This document shows, in pieces, positions 46,298 through 58,967 of a DNA stretch of 64,000 nucleotides (position 1 is its first letter; every line of letters starts with the position of its first letter). A program made the translations under genes and the position numbers. Source of the DNA: an uncultured Chromatiales bacterium (GTDB lineage: Bacteria; Pseudomonadota; Gammaproteobacteria; RBG-16-57-12); assembly GCA_964557295.1 (NCBI GenBank), contig CAZKZP010000004.1, forward strand, positions 68,667-132,666. The letters run 5' to 3'. A model generated the notes under the pieces. It was given only the letters and a program-made list of their open reading frames with translations, was not told the DNA's origin and did no database searches.

Positions 46298-46340
46298 CGC
46301 ATGCGATCAATCATCGCCATCTAAAGATGGCTCCTACCGG
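46298..46340. repeat. REP-like repeat family 2 copy C (atcgccatctaaagatggctcctac)
   Basis: It matches 21236-21260 exactly over about 25 bp. Confidence 0.55.
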
Positions 46341-46359
46341 CTGGATCATGTGTGGGCGG

Positions 46360-46647
46360 CTAGAAACTCACTCGGTCCAGCGGGCTGATCTCCTCGGGAA
46401 ACACCGCGGCATCCGCATCATCGAGCTCCCACTTCTCGATGTCGTCAAAGGCGGCCGCCCAGTCCTCCGGCGGTGACACGGCCATGACATTGAGCGCATC
46501 CCACTGATCAAGATCCAATTCCTGAACAGCGCCATCATCATATTGGATTTCGAGGGTCTGCGTGTGCTCGTCCCAGGCGACCACCTCAAAAATACCTTCC
46601 TCGCACTGGTACCATTTGCCGATCTGGCGATCAAAGTCTCTCATCAT
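46360..46647 (-). CDS. small acidic hypothetical protein (95 aa)
   Basis: An ATGATG start is preceded by a strong SD (ttGGAGGTgcaag). The protein begins MMRDFDRQIGKWYQCEEGIFEVVAWDEHTQ and is D/E-rich. The longer ORF 46360..47073 is a read-through across a REP repeat and was trimmed. Confidence 0.5.
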   Translation of the reverse strand: MMRDFDRQIGKWYQCEEGIFEVVAWDEHTQTLEIQYDDGAVQELDLDQWDALNVMAVSPPEDWAAAFDDIEKWELDDADAAVFPEEISPLDRVSF

Positions 46648-46799
46648 CTTGCACCTCCAATTAGGGGGATTAAAGGTCAACGATACGGAAAGCCACTGTT
46701 CTAAAGATAGCAAGGCATGGGAAAAATCCCACCAAGACTGATTCCAAGCTGCGGGATGGGGGCGTCGGATGCCGGAGGAACAGGCCACCCTCCGGTCTT

Positions 46800-46895
46800 T
46801 GTGTAGGGGAGCCATCTTCAGATGGCGCTGGCCTGCTTGCAAGCCGAGGCCTCCAGCCCCCCGCCTACCTCCACGTAGGCAAAGCGCGCTTAGGA
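46800..46895. repeat. REP-like repeat family 2 copy D (gtaggggagccatcttcagatggcgctgg...cctacctccacgtaggcaaagcgcg)
   Basis: It shares both motif halves with copies A and B. Confidence 0.55.
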
Positions 46896-46904
46896 AAATC
46901 CGGG

Positions 46905-48368
46905 CTAAATCCGCCCATACAGCTGATTGAGATGGCGCAGGCGTTTGGCGAGGGTGTCGGGCAGCATGTCCCAGCCAAAACGCCACAGCCAATTGCCTTG
47001 CGAGGTGCCGGGGATGTTCATGCGGTGGGCGCTGTCCAGACCGAGCACATCCTGCATCGGCAGGATGGCCCACTGCGCCACGGACGCCAGCGCCGCGCGA
47101 TTCAGCGGCCAGGGCATCGGTTCGTTGGGCAGGTTCAGATATTCCAGCACGTGCGCCCGCTGCGGCTCCTTCAGCGCTGCGAACCAGCCGCAGGTCGTAT
47201 CGTTGTCATGCGTGCCGGTATACACCACACTGCGGATTTCATGATTGTGGGGCAGATACGGATTGGTCGGCCCGCCTTCGAAGGCGAATTGCAGGATCTT
47301 CATGCCGGGCAATTGGAACGCGTTGCGCAGGGCATTGACTTCGTCGGTGATCACGCCGAGGTCTTCGGCCACCAGCGGGATCTCGCCGAACTCGCTCTTG
47401 AGGCACTTGAACAGCTCCTCGCCCGGGGCCTTGACCCAGCGCCCATTGATCGCCGTCGGCTCGCTGGCCGGGATCTCCCAATAGGCCTCGAAGCCACGAA
47501 AATGATCGATGCGGATCACATCGAACAACTGCATCTGACTGCGCAGGCGATTCTGCCACCATTCGAAGCCGTCGGCCTGCATCTGCTCCCAGTGGTAGTG
47601 GGGATTGCCCCAGCGCTGGCCGGTGGCCGAGAAATAATCCGGGGGCACGCCCGCCACCACCTCCATCCGGCCGTCCCGATCCAGGCGGAAATATTCGCGC
47701 TGCGCCCAGACATCGGCGCTGTCGTAGGAGACGAAGATCGGCATGTCGCCGAACATCCAGATTCCGCGCTCATTGGCATAGCGCTTGATGCCAAGCCATT
47801 GGGTGAAGGCGACATATTGGGCGAATTTGTACTGCTGGACGTCCTCCGCCAGACGCTTGGCCGCCGCGGCCAGGGCCGAGGCCTCTCGGTCGCGCAACGG
47901 GGCCGGCCAATCCACCCAGCCTTTCATCCCTTGCTCCACGCGGATGGCGCGATAGAGGGCGTAATCCTCCAGCCAATAGGCGTGGGCGGCGGCGAAGGCG
48001 GCGAAGGCCTGCTGTTCCTCGGCGGAGGCCTTGTGCCGGAATGCGGCATAGGCATTGCTCAAACAGTCGAGGATGGTTCCACCCAGCTGAGCGGCCGACA
48101 ACCAGCCCCGGGCCTCCAGCCAGCGGCGGCAAATCAACTCCTCGCTGCATGCGTGCACGGACAGGCTTTGATACGGCGAACGGTCGCCGTGGGTCGGCGT
48201 CAGCGGCAAGGACTGCCAGATGCTCATCCCGCTCTCGGCGAGCAGGTCGACGAATCGGTAGGCATCGGCGCCCAGCACGCCACCCTCCCCCGGCCCCGGC
48301 AAGGAGGTGGGGTGCAGCAACAGCCCCGCGCGTCGTTTCAGATTGTTGGCATATGCGGTTTGGCTCAT
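46905..48368 (-). CDS. malQ: 4-alpha-glucanotransferase (amylomaltase)
   Basis: 487 aa. The N-terminal RRAGLLLHPTSLPGPGEGGVLGADAYRFVDLLAESG and the GH77 core are present. Confidence 0.9.
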   Translation of the reverse strand: MSQTAYANNLKRRAGLLLHPTSLPGPGEGGVLGADAYRFVDLLAESGMSIWQSLPLTPTHGDRSPYQSLSVHACSEELICRRWLEARGWLSAAQLGGTILDCLSNAYAAFRHKASAEEQQAFAAFAAAHAYWLEDYALYRAIRVEQGMKGWVDWPAPLRDREASALAAAAKRLAEDVQQYKFAQYVAFTQWLGIKRYANERGIWMFGDMPIFVSYDSADVWAQREYFRLDRDGRMEVVAGVPPDYFSATGQRWGNPHYHWEQMQADGFEWWQNRLRSQMQLFDVIRIDHFRGFEAYWEIPASEPTAINGRWVKAPGEELFKCLKSEFGEIPLVAEDLGVITDEVNALRNAFQLPGMKILQFAFEGGPTNPYLPHNHEIRSVVYTGTHDNDTTCGWFAALKEPQRAHVLEYLNLPNEPMPWPLNRAALASVAQWAILPMQDVLGLDSAHRMNIPGTSQGNWLWRFGWDMLPDTLAKRLRHLNQLYGRI

Positions 48369-50077
48369 GACGGCATCTGCCCCGGCCGCATGGTTCCACC
48401 CATGGCGGGGGCGCCACTTCCGTGTGTGAAGGCATGTGTCAAATAATCGGGCGGCTCCACGCCGAGCAACTCATAGAGATGGGCCAGGTGCGTGCGGAAC
48501 ATGCGTTCGAAATCGCTCACCGAATCGGCCGGATTGTAATCGCCGAACCACCAGAACCAGTCGGAGCCTTCGCAGACGAACAATTGCTGTTCCGCCTGCT
48601 GGCGGCGATCCTCGGAGAGTTTACCGCTGCTGATGACCTTGTCATAACAGCGCTTGGCGTCCCCGAGCATATCCCAGCCGCGGTTTTTGTCCGGATCTCC
48701 GATCCAGGTCGAGAAGGTGCCGTACACCCAGCTGCCGGCCACCAAGCCGTTCAATTCGCTCACCAGAGAGTCCTTCTCGACGCATTCGGAGAAGGTGGTC
48801 AGCTCCAGCATGGGGTGCTCAGACAGGCGCCGGTACAGGGCGCTCAAGAAGTAATAGCCGTTTTCCGGATAATATTCCCAGGCGTTTTCACCATCGAGGA
48901 TGATGGACACGACGGTGCCCGGATGATCCTTGCAGGCATGGGCGATGTTTTCCAGATGATGGGCGAGATTGGCCACCGCATCATCGGCATGCCAGTTCGA
49001 GTAGCTGAATCCGATCAGATCGGAAAGTCCGTCATCGCGGAAGAAGCAGTTCACCTTCTGCCCCTTGATGCGATAGGCCTGGTGCGGGCCTTTGCACATC
49101 TGCGCATCGAAATCCATCGAGCCCTTTTGCAAGGTGTGGCGCAATACGCTCGCGCCCGTGGCGACCCATTTGAAGCCCAGCTCGTCGAACACCTTGAGCG
49201 CCTGGGTGGAGACGCCGCCTTCCGCCGGCCAGCAGCCCGCGGGGGAAAAACCGAAATATTTCTTGAACACCTCACGTCCATGCTCCACATGCCGCCGCAG
49301 GCGTTCCTCGCCGCCGGGATATTTCTCCAGCAACGGCAGCTGCACATCCGGCATGGCCTCGCGGGTGGAGTCCAGCGCCAGCAGCAGCGGCGCGATGGGA
49401 TGGGCATAGGGCGTCATGGAGAGCTCGAGCTGCCCGCGCGCATGCAGCGCGCGGTAACGCCCCAGCAGCCCGACCAGCAACTCGCCGATGACATGCATCA
49501 ATTCGTGGCGGTCGTGCACGGTGAATCCCTGGCCTTTCTCGATCAGCCGCTTCACGCGCGCGTCCTTACGGCGCACGCACTCCCCTAACCACGCCAGGTG
49601 ATACCACACGGCCAAATCGACCAGGAACTGATCGGAAATATAGTTCATCGTATAGGCTTGGCCATTCATCCAGTCGGCGATCTCCGCCAGTTTGCGATAG
49701 GGCTCGAAACGATTGACCACTGTCGCACGGTTGACCCGCAGACACTCCTTGATCATGCGCTTGCGCAGATTGATATCGGAGGGCATGACCGGTGCGTCCA
49801 GCAGACGCAACAGCGGGTCCTTGATCGTCCCCGTCTGATCGAGATGCGCACTGACCTGCCGCGCGTAATCATCGATCTGCTCCAGCAGGATGGGCACGAA
49901 GTTCACCACGGCGCGAGCCTTGGGCACGGACTCCAGGTGCTCGGCCATGTCGGCATAGTCCTTGATGGCGTGCAGATAGGTCCACGGCAGTTGATAATCC
50001 CCGGAGCTGAGATCGCGATATTCCGGCTGGTGCATGTGCCAACACAGCACCACCTTCAGCCGACCATTACCTGACAT
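48365..50077 (-). CDS. glycoside hydrolase family 57 protein (alpha-glucan-active)
   Basis: 570 aa. The N-terminal [15 protein letters not shown] is a GH57 signature. It overlaps malQ and glgC in an operon. Confidence 0.8.
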   Translation of the reverse strand: MSGNGRLKVVLCWHMHQPEYRDLSSGDYQLPWTYLHAIKDYADMAEHLESVPKARAVVNFVPILLEQIDDYARQVSAHLDQTGTIKDPLLRLLDAPVMPSDINLRKRMIKECLRVNRATVVNRFEPYRKLAEIADWMNGQAYTMNYISDQFLVDLAVWYHLAWLGECVRRKDARVKRLIEKGQGFTVHDRHELMHVIGELLVGLLGRYRALHARGQLELSMTPYAHPIAPLLLALDSTREAMPDVQLPLLEKYPGGEERLRRHVEHGREVFKKYFGFSPAGCWPAEGGVSTQALKVFDELGFKWVATGASVLRHTLQKGSMDFDAQMCKGPHQAYRIKGQKVNCFFRDDGLSDLIGFSYSNWHADDAVANLAHHLENIAHACKDHPGTVVSIILDGENAWEYYPENGYYFLSALYRRLSEHPMLELTTFSECVEKDSLVSELNGLVAGSWVYGTFSTWIGDPDKNRGWDMLGDAKRCYDKVISSGKLSEDRRQQAEQQLFVCEGSDWFWWFGDYNPADSVSDFERMFRTHLAHLYELLGVEPPDYLTHAFTHGSGAPAMGGTMRPGQMPS

Positions 50078-51347
50078 GGCGGTACTCCTGTGAGAGCATC
50101 TCCGGAGTCACCAGCACCACGCCGCCTTCGGAAACATAGAAACGCTTGGCATCCAGTTCAAGATCCTCGCCGATCACCATCCCCTCGGGGATCAAACAGC
50201 CCTTGTCGATGACGGCCTTCTTGATGCGGCAATTCCGCCCGATCTCCACGCTGGGCAAGAGCACCGATTGGTACACGCTCGAAAAGGAATTCACCCGCAC
50301 GCTGGAAAACAGCACCGATTGGCGCACCGTGCTGCCCGAGACGACGCAGCCGCCGGAGACCATCGAATCGATCGCCATGCCGCGGCGGCCCTCGTCATCG
50401 AAGATGAATTTGGCCGGCGGCAACTGCTCCTGATAGGTCCAGATCGGCCATTCGTTGTCATAAAGGTTCAGCTCCGGCGTCACGCGGGCCAGATCGATAT
50501 TCGCCTCCCAGTAGGAATCCACCGTTCCCACATCACGCCAGTAGGCCGTCTCCTTGTTTTGCACATCCCGGAAGGGATGGGCGAAGACGCGGTATTTCCG
50601 GATTGCGCCTGGGATGATGTCCTTGCCGAAATCATGGCTGGACCCCGGCGTATCCGCGTCCTTGATCAGCTGCTCGTACAAGAAGGCGGTGTTGAACACA
50701 TAGATGCCCATCGATGCCAGCGCCATGCCCGGCTTGCCCGGCATCGCGGTCGGGTTGGCCGGCTTCTCGGCGAACTCTTGGATACGGCCATCGCTGTCCA
50801 CCGACATCACGCCAAACGCGCTCGCCTGATCCAGCGGGACCTCGATGCAGCCGACCGTCATGTCCGCCTGGCGCTCCACGTGCTCGGCGATCATGGTGCC
50901 GTAATCCATCTTGTAGATGTGATCGCCGGCCAGGATCAGCACGAACTCGGGGTTGTGCATACGGATGATGTCGATGTTCTGATACACCGCATCGGCGGTG
51001 CCGACATACCAGTTTTCCGTAATGCGCTGCTGCGCCGGCAGGATTTCCACAAACTCGCCAAACTCCGCGCGCATGAAACTCCAACCGCGCTGGATATGCT
51101 GCAACAAGGAATGCGCCTTGTACTGGGTCAGGATCCCGATACGCCGAATCCCCGAATTCACACAGTTAGACAAGGGGAAGTCAATGATGCGAAACTTTCC
51201 TCCGAAGGGTACCGAGGGCTTCGCGCGCCAGGCCGTCAGATGCTTCAAGCGCGAGCCGCGGCCACCCGCCATGATCAGAGCCAGGGTATTTCGAGTGAGT
51301 CGGCTGACAAAACGTGAAGGATTTGAACCGTGTTGTTTCTCATTCAT
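50067..51347 (-). CDS. glgC: glucose-1-phosphate adenylyltransferase (start taken at MNEKQH; ORF-track start 51404)
   Basis: It carries [55 protein letters not shown]. Confidence 0.9.
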   Translation of the reverse strand: MNEKQHGSNPSRFVSRLTRNTLALIMAGGRGSRLKHLTAWRAKPSVPFGGKFRIIDFPLSNCVNSGIRRIGILTQYKAHSLLQHIQRGWSFMRAEFGEFVEILPAQQRITENWYVGTADAVYQNIDIIRMHNPEFVLILAGDHIYKMDYGTMIAEHVERQADMTVGCIEVPLDQASAFGVMSVDSDGRIQEFAEKPANPTAMPGKPGMALASMGIYVFNTAFLYEQLIKDADTPGSSHDFGKDIIPGAIRKYRVFAHPFRDVQNKETAYWRDVGTVDSYWEANIDLARVTPELNLYDNEWPIWTYQEQLPPAKFIFDDEGRRGMAIDSMVSGGCVVSGSTVRQSVLFSSVRVNSFSSVYQSVLLPSVEIGRNCRIKKAVIDKGCLIPEGMVIGEDLELDAKRFYVSEGGVVLVTPEMLSQEYRHVR

Positions 51348-51509
51348 AGATCGACCTGCAGTTGGTAGGAAATTCGCATGCAAATTAGCGGCAAGAATTG
51401 GCAAGTATTGAATATTATTAGCTTATGTTAATATCGTCTCATAGCCGCCAGCCGTTAAAAAACACTTTTTTATTGGCACAACAACCCACTCACAGAACCA
51501 CAATAAAAC

Positions 51510-53681
<2,172 letters not shown>

Positions 53682-53698
53682 ACAAAAAGAAATCCTGC

Positions 53699-55162
53699 AT
53701 GAAGATCCTCTTTGTCACCAGCGAAGCCTATCCCTTGATCAAAACCGGCGGCCTGGCCGATGTCTCGGGCAGCCTGCCGGTGGCGCTGCGCAACAAGCGC
53801 CAGGATGTGCGCCTGCTGCTCCCCGCCTACCACGAGGCCCTGGAACAGGCCGGCGATCTGCGCACCGTCGCCACGCTGGAGCCGCCCGGCGCCAGCCAGC
53901 CGATCCGCATCCTGGAAGGCACGCTGCCCGGCACGCGGGTCAAGGTCTGGCTGGTGGACTACCCGCCCGCCTTCAACCGCCCTGGCAACCCCTATATGAC
54001 CCTGCAAGGCGATCCCTGGCCGGACAACGCCCAGCGTTTCGCCCTGCTATCGCGCGTTACCGTCGAGATCGCGCAAAACCGCGCCGGACTCGACTGGCGG
54101 CCGGACGTGGTGCATTGCCACGACTGGCAGACAGCCTTGGTCCCGGCGCTGCTCAGCCTGGAGGCGGCGCGCCCGGCCACCGTCTTCACCATCCACAACC
54201 TGTCGTATCAAGGCATCTACGACCCGGACACCTTCATCCGCCTCGACCTCGCGCCCGCCCTGTGGCAGCCGGACGGCCTGGAATACTACGGCAAGCTCAA
54301 CATCATCAAAGGCGGCCTGGTCTACGCCGACATCATCACCACGGTCAGCCCGACCTACGCCGAAGAGATCCAGACATACGAGTTCGGCTACGGCCTGGAA
54401 GGCCTGCTGCACCACCGGCGCGATCGCCTGCACGGCATCTTGAACGGCGTGGATTACGACAAATGGAATCCCGCCCAGGACCCGCGCCTGAAAAAGCCGT
54501 ACACAGCGCGCACCCTCGACGACAAGGACGAAAACAAGAAACAACTGCGCAGGGATTTCGGACTCAGCCAAAAGAAGGGTTTGGCAGTCATCGGCATGAT
54601 CACCCGCCTGGTCGAGCAGAAAGGCATCGATCTGGTCCTCGACGCCATGCCGCGCCTGATCCAGTTGCCGCTGCAATTCGTGATCCTGGGCGGCGGCGAC
54701 TCCCGCTACGAATGGGCGCTCGGCGAGTGGGCCAAGCTGTATCCGGATCGCATCGGTCTGCACATCGGTTATGACGAAACCATCGCGCACCGCATCGAAG
54801 CCGGCGCCGATATCTTTCTCATGCCCTCGCGCTTTGAACCCTGCGGCCTCAATCAGATGTACAGCCAGCGCTACGGCACGATCCCGATCGTGCGCCGCGT
54901 CGGCGGACTGGCCGACTCGGTCATCGACGCCACCGATGAGAATATCGCCCAAGGCACGGCGACCGGCATCATCTTCGATCATGCCGATGCCAACGCCGTC
55001 TGCTGGGCGGTGGAACGCTCACTGACGCTATATCAGGATCTCAAGGTCTGGCGCGGCATGATGCGCGCCGGGATGCGCCAGTCCTTCGACTGGAAGACCA
55101 GCGCCGGGAAGTACATCGAAGTCTATGAGGAAGCGGTACGGTTGGCGGCCCTCAGGCCTTGA
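53699..55162 (+). CDS. glgA: glycogen synthase (ADP-glucose type, GT5)
   Basis: It starts MKILFVTSEAYPLIKTGGLADV (KTGGL motif), with the start taken at an internal ATG of ORF 53465..55162. Confidence 0.9.
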   Translation: MKILFVTSEAYPLIKTGGLADVSGSLPVALRNKRQDVRLLLPAYHEALEQAGDLRTVATLEPPGASQPIRILEGTLPGTRVKVWLVDYPPAFNRPGNPYMTLQGDPWPDNAQRFALLSRVTVEIAQNRAGLDWRPDVVHCHDWQTALVPALLSLEAARPATVFTIHNLSYQGIYDPDTFIRLDLAPALWQPDGLEYYGKLNIIKGGLVYADIITTVSPTYAEEIQTYEFGYGLEGLLHHRRDRLHGILNGVDYDKWNPAQDPRLKKPYTARTLDDKDENKKQLRRDFGLSQKKGLAVIGMITRLVEQKGIDLVLDAMPRLIQLPLQFVILGGGDSRYEWALGEWAKLYPDRIGLHIGYDETIAHRIEAGADIFLMPSRFEPCGLNQMYSQRYGTIPIVRRVGGLADSVIDATDENIAQGTATGIIFDHADANAVCWAVERSLTLYQDLKVWRGMMRAGMRQSFDWKTSAGKYIEVYEEAVRLAALRP

Positions 55163-55355
55163 GCTTTTGCGACATCTGCAAACAATCCGCGCGCCACATG
55201 CAGTCATAACGATCGCACTTGCCCTCGGCATCCGTGGCAAAACAGACGGGGTTACCCTCTCGATTCTGTAGGGCGCGGATCAATTCCATCTTGCTCAAGC
55301 GGGACGTATTGATCCCCTTGGCGCTCGCGATGTAACGGATTTGCTGCATGTTCAT
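55152..55355 (-). CDS. small hypothetical protein with Rho_N/SAP-like helix-extended-helix motif and C-terminal Cys cluster
   Basis: About 67 aa from MNMQQ. It carries IASAKGINTSRLSKMELIRALQ and the 4-Cys stretch CFATDAEGKCDRYDCMWRADC. Confidence 0.4.
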   Translation of the reverse strand: MNMQQIRYIASAKGINTSRLSKMELIRALQNREGNPVCFATDAEGKCDRYDCMWRADCLQMSQKLKA

Positions 55356-55560
55356 GGCCAGATTCCACTCGGATTGAAAAATAACCACGATAGCCGGGAT
55401 CGGCACTATCAGTTATCGGCCGAATCATTCGCAACTGGATAATAAAGCTTAGAAAATATTATCCAATTCACAAACTAAACTAAATCAATAACCCGTCGAC
55501 AACCTGGAACAACGCAGCACATTCCAAGGTTAACACGTTCAAATATATACATTATCAAAG

Positions 55561-56475
55561 GTGAGAGAAATGAAATTAGCAATCTTTGGCCTGGGCAAGA
55601 TGGGTGGCAACATGGCGCGCCGTCTTTGCCGCAGCGGTATCGAGGTCGTGGGCTACAACCGCTCGTCCGACATCACCGAAACACTCGCGAAGGAAGAAGG
55701 CCTGATCCCCGCCTTCACCGTGGACGAGGCCCTCGCCAAGCTCACCGGCCGGCGCGTGCTCTGGCTGATGCTGCCCAGCGGCGCCCCGACCGAAGAGATG
55801 ATCCAGAGCCTCATCCCCAAACTCAAGGCCGGCGATATCGTCATCGACGGCGGCAACTCCAACTACCATGACACCCAGCGCCGCCACGCGCTGCTGGCCC
55901 AGCACGACATCCACTTCATGGACGCAGGCACCTCCGGCGGCGTGTGGGGGCTGGAGAACGGCTATTGCATGATGGTCGGCGGCGGCAAGGAAGACTTCGC
56001 CATGATCAAACCGATCATCCAGGCGCTAGCCCCTGGCAAAGATCACGGCTGGGCGCACGTCGGCCCGTGCGGCGCGGGACATTTCACCAAGATGATCCAC
56101 AACGGCATCGAATACGGCATGATGCAGGCCATGGCCGAGGGCTTCGCGCTGATGCAGGGCAAGCAAGAATTCAACATCGATCTGGCCAACGTCGCCGAGA
56201 TCTGGCGCCACGGCTCCGTGGTGCGCAGCTGGCTGCTCGATCTGACCGCGGAGTTCCTCAAGCACGACCAGACACTCACGGACATCAAGCCCTTCGTCGC
56301 CGATTCCGGCGAGGGCCGCTGGACCTGCGTCGAGGCCATCGACCAGGGCGTCTCCGCGCCGGTCTTGTCGTTGTCCATCCACGCGCGTTTCGCCAGCCAA
56401 GGCAAGGCCGACTTCGGCAACAAGATGCTCTCGAAGATGCGCAACGCCTTCGGCGGTCACGCCATCAAAAAATAA
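55561..56475 (+). CDS. gnd: 6-phosphogluconate dehydrogenase (decarboxylating), short ~300-aa form
   Basis: It carries the Rossmann motif MKLAIFGLGKMGGNMARRL and the 6PGDH C-terminal core. The alternative start MKL is at 55570. Confidence 0.85.
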   Translation: MREMKLAIFGLGKMGGNMARRLCRSGIEVVGYNRSSDITETLAKEEGLIPAFTVDEALAKLTGRRVLWLMLPSGAPTEEMIQSLIPKLKAGDIVIDGGNSNYHDTQRRHALLAQHDIHFMDAGTSGGVWGLENGYCMMVGGGKEDFAMIKPIIQALAPGKDHGWAHVGPCGAGHFTKMIHNGIEYGMMQAMAEGFALMQGKQEFNIDLANVAEIWRHGSVVRSWLLDLTAEFLKHDQTLTDIKPFVADSGEGRWTCVEAIDQGVSAPVLSLSIHARFASQGKADFGNKMLSKMRNAFGGHAIKK

Positions 56476-56489
56476 TAAGGACCACAAGC

Positions 56490-57971
56490 ATGCGCGAACC
56501 CTGTACCTTCGTCATCTTCGGCGCGACCGGCAATCTCTCGAAAGTCAAACTCTTGCCGGCGCTGTATCATCTGGAAGAGGCCCGCGCCCTCCCGGAAGGC
56601 ACCTCCATCCTGGCGATCGGCCGCCGTGAATGGAACGATGAACAATGGCGCAACGAGGTCGCCGAAACCCTTTCAACGCGCGCCCGCAGCGGCTTGAAGC
56701 AGGAGGTATTCGATCGGCTCGCCAAGCGTCTGTATTATCTCCAAGGGGATCTCGATGACCAGGCGTCCTACGCCCGTTTGCGCGATCACATCAACGCCAC
56801 GCCACACCTCCCGACCAACATCGCCTTTTACATGGCCATCCGCCCGGCGGACTTCGCCACGGTCAGCCATTATCTGGCCGTGGTCGGGCTAAACAATGAA
56901 GAAAGCGGCTGGCGCCGGATCGTGGTGGAGAAGCCCTTCGGCTACGACCTGGAAAGCGCGCAGATCCTGGAGCATCAACTGCACAAGGATTACAAGGAAT
57001 CCCAGATCTTCCGCATCGACCACTATCTCGGCAAGGGCACGGTGCAGAACGTCTTGGCGTTCCGCTTCGCCAACGTGATGCTCGAACCCTTGATGAACCG
57101 CAACTACATCGATCACGTGCAGATCACGCACTCCGAGAGCAAGGGCATCGAAAACCGCGCCGAATATTACGACGGCGCCGGCGCGCTGCGCGACATGATC
57201 CAGAGCCACCTGCTCCAGCTGCTCACCCTGGTGGCCATGGAGCCGCCCGCCTCGATGGACTCCGAATCGCTGCGCGACGAGAAGGTGAAGGTACTCAAAT
57301 CGATCCGCCCGATCCCGCCCAACGCCGTCCACGCCCACGCCTTTCGCGCCCAATACACCCGCGGCATGGTCGGCGGCGCCAAGGCGTGCAGCTATCTGGA
57401 GGAAAAAGACGTTCCGCCCGTGAGCACCACGGAGACCTACGCGGCGCTCAAGGTCTACATCGACAACTGGCGCTGGCGCAACGTGCCGTTTTATCTGCGC
57501 ACCGGCAAGCGCATGGCGCAGAACAGCTCGGTGATCAGCATCCGCTTCAAGCATCCGCCGCAGCAGCTGTTCCGCGAAACGCAAATCAATCGCCTGGAAC
57601 CCAACTGGCTGCTCCTCGGTATTCAACCCAATGAATGCCTGCGCCTGGTGGTCCAGGTGAAGGAACCGGGGCTGGAGATGAAGATCCGCACCACCCACAT
57701 GGATGCCAGCTTCTTCCGCGCCAGCGATGTGAAACTCGATGCCTACGAGGCCTTGCTGCTGGACGTGATCGAAGGCGACCGCTCGCTGTTCCTGCGCTAC
57801 GACGAGGTCAGCTGGGCCTGGAAGGTGGTCGACCCCATCCTCAAGGTCTGGTCGATGGAGCGCGACTTCATCGAAACCTATCCGGCCGGCACCTGGGGAC
57901 CGCTGGTGGCCAACCGCCTGTTCGACCGCGAAGACCAGACCTGGCGCAATTCGGTGGAAGAATACGAGTAG
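56490..57971 (+). CDS. zwf: glucose-6-phosphate 1-dehydrogenase
   Basis: It carries FVIFGATGNLSKVKLLPALY and the active site RIDHYLGKGTVQN. The start is preceded by aaggac. Confidence 0.9.
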   Translation: MREPCTFVIFGATGNLSKVKLLPALYHLEEARALPEGTSILAIGRREWNDEQWRNEVAETLSTRARSGLKQEVFDRLAKRLYYLQGDLDDQASYARLRDHINATPHLPTNIAFYMAIRPADFATVSHYLAVVGLNNEESGWRRIVVEKPFGYDLESAQILEHQLHKDYKESQIFRIDHYLGKGTVQNVLAFRFANVMLEPLMNRNYIDHVQITHSESKGIENRAEYYDGAGALRDMIQSHLLQLLTLVAMEPPASMDSESLRDEKVKVLKSIRPIPPNAVHAHAFRAQYTRGMVGGAKACSYLEEKDVPPVSTTETYAALKVYIDNWRWRNVPFYLRTGKRMAQNSSVISIRFKHPPQQLFRETQINRLEPNWLLLGIQPNECLRLVVQVKEPGLEMKIRTTHMDASFFRASDVKLDAYEALLLDVIEGDRSLFLRYDEVSWAWKVVDPILKVWSMERDFIETYPAGTWGPLVANRLFDREDQTWRNSVEEYE

Positions 57972-58967
57972 CTAACCCCCAACATCCTGGGCAGCCCGCA
58001 AGGCTGCCCCGATCACCCCCACACGCGGCTCCATGATCACCTTCACCGGGAAACGGTGCATCAGCTCCGCCATCGGCTCCTTCTCATGGAAGGCCTCCAT
58101 GAACCCGCCCTGCTGGATTTGCGTGATGAGTTTCGGGGCGATCCCCCCGGCAAGATACACCCCGCCGTAGGGCAGGCAGGTGAGCGCGAGATTGCCGGCC
58201 TGCGCGCCATAAATCCGAATGAAGAGATCCACCGCCTCGCCGGCCAAGGCATCGCCCGCCTCCAACGCAAAGCGCGCGATGCTCGCCGCGCGATCGCCGT
58301 GCTCGAGTGCGGCGCTGAGCGCCGCGCTCTGCCGCCGGGGGTATTTCTCGGCGAAGAAACTGTAGATCGACGCCAATCCGCCGCCGGACACCACATTCTC
58401 GTAACTCACCCGCGGCTGCCGCGCCAACAGCCATTGCAGCAGCTCGATCTGCAGGGCATCGACCGGGGCGAAGTCGACATGGCCGCCTTCGGTGGGCTGC
58501 ACCTGATACTGCCGGCCATTCCACACCATGATCCCTTCCCCCAGCCCGGTGCCCGCACCGATCAGCGCCTTCACCCCATGTTGATCGGGCACGCCGGATT
58601 GCAGCACCACCAGCTGATCCTCACGCAGACCGGCAATGCCGTAGCCGACCGCCTGAAAGTCGTTGATCAGGGCGACGTGCGGGATGTCGAAATGCTCGCT
58701 CAGCAGCCGCGCATCGATATCCCACGGCAGATTGGTGATCATGGCGTGGCCGCCGCTGACCGGCCCCGCCACCCCCAGGCAAGCGCCGGAGACCGGCCAG
58801 AGATCCGCGCGCAAACCATCGACGAACTCGGCGAGCATCGCCTCGAAATCATCGTACACAGTGCTGGAAAAAGAGTGCTCATACAGCGGCTGGCAGCGCG
58901 CGCCTTCCACCTGCGCGATCATCAACAGCGTCTTGGTGCCTCCGACATCACATGCCAGCACCTTCAT
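57972..58967 (-). CDS. glk: glucokinase
   Basis: It carries MKVLACDVGGTKTLLMIAQ (Glk family). The start is overlapped by the pgl stop. Confidence 0.85.
   Translation of the reverse strand: MKVLACDVGGTKTLLMIAQVEGARCQPLYEHSFSSTVYDDFEAMLAEFVDGLRADLWPVSGACLGVAGPVSGGHAMITNLPWDIDARLLSEHFDIPHVALINDFQAVGYGIAGLREDQLVVLQSGVPDQHGVKALIGAGTGLGEGIMVWNGRQYQVQPTEGGHVDFAPVDALQIELLQWLLARQPRVSYENVVSGGGLASIYSFFAEKYPRRQSAALSAALEHGDRAASIARFALEAGDALAGEAVDLFIRIYGAQAGNLALTCLPYGGVYLAGGIAPKLITQIQQGGFMEAFHEKEPMAELMHRFPVKVIMEPRVGVIGAALRAAQDVGG

Noticed and set aside
46360-47073. 237-aa ORF call extending from the small acidic protein through the REP repeat into malQ
   Set aside because: The upstream part is low-complexity read-through of repeat DNA. 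A perfect SD plus ATG defines the 95-aa product.
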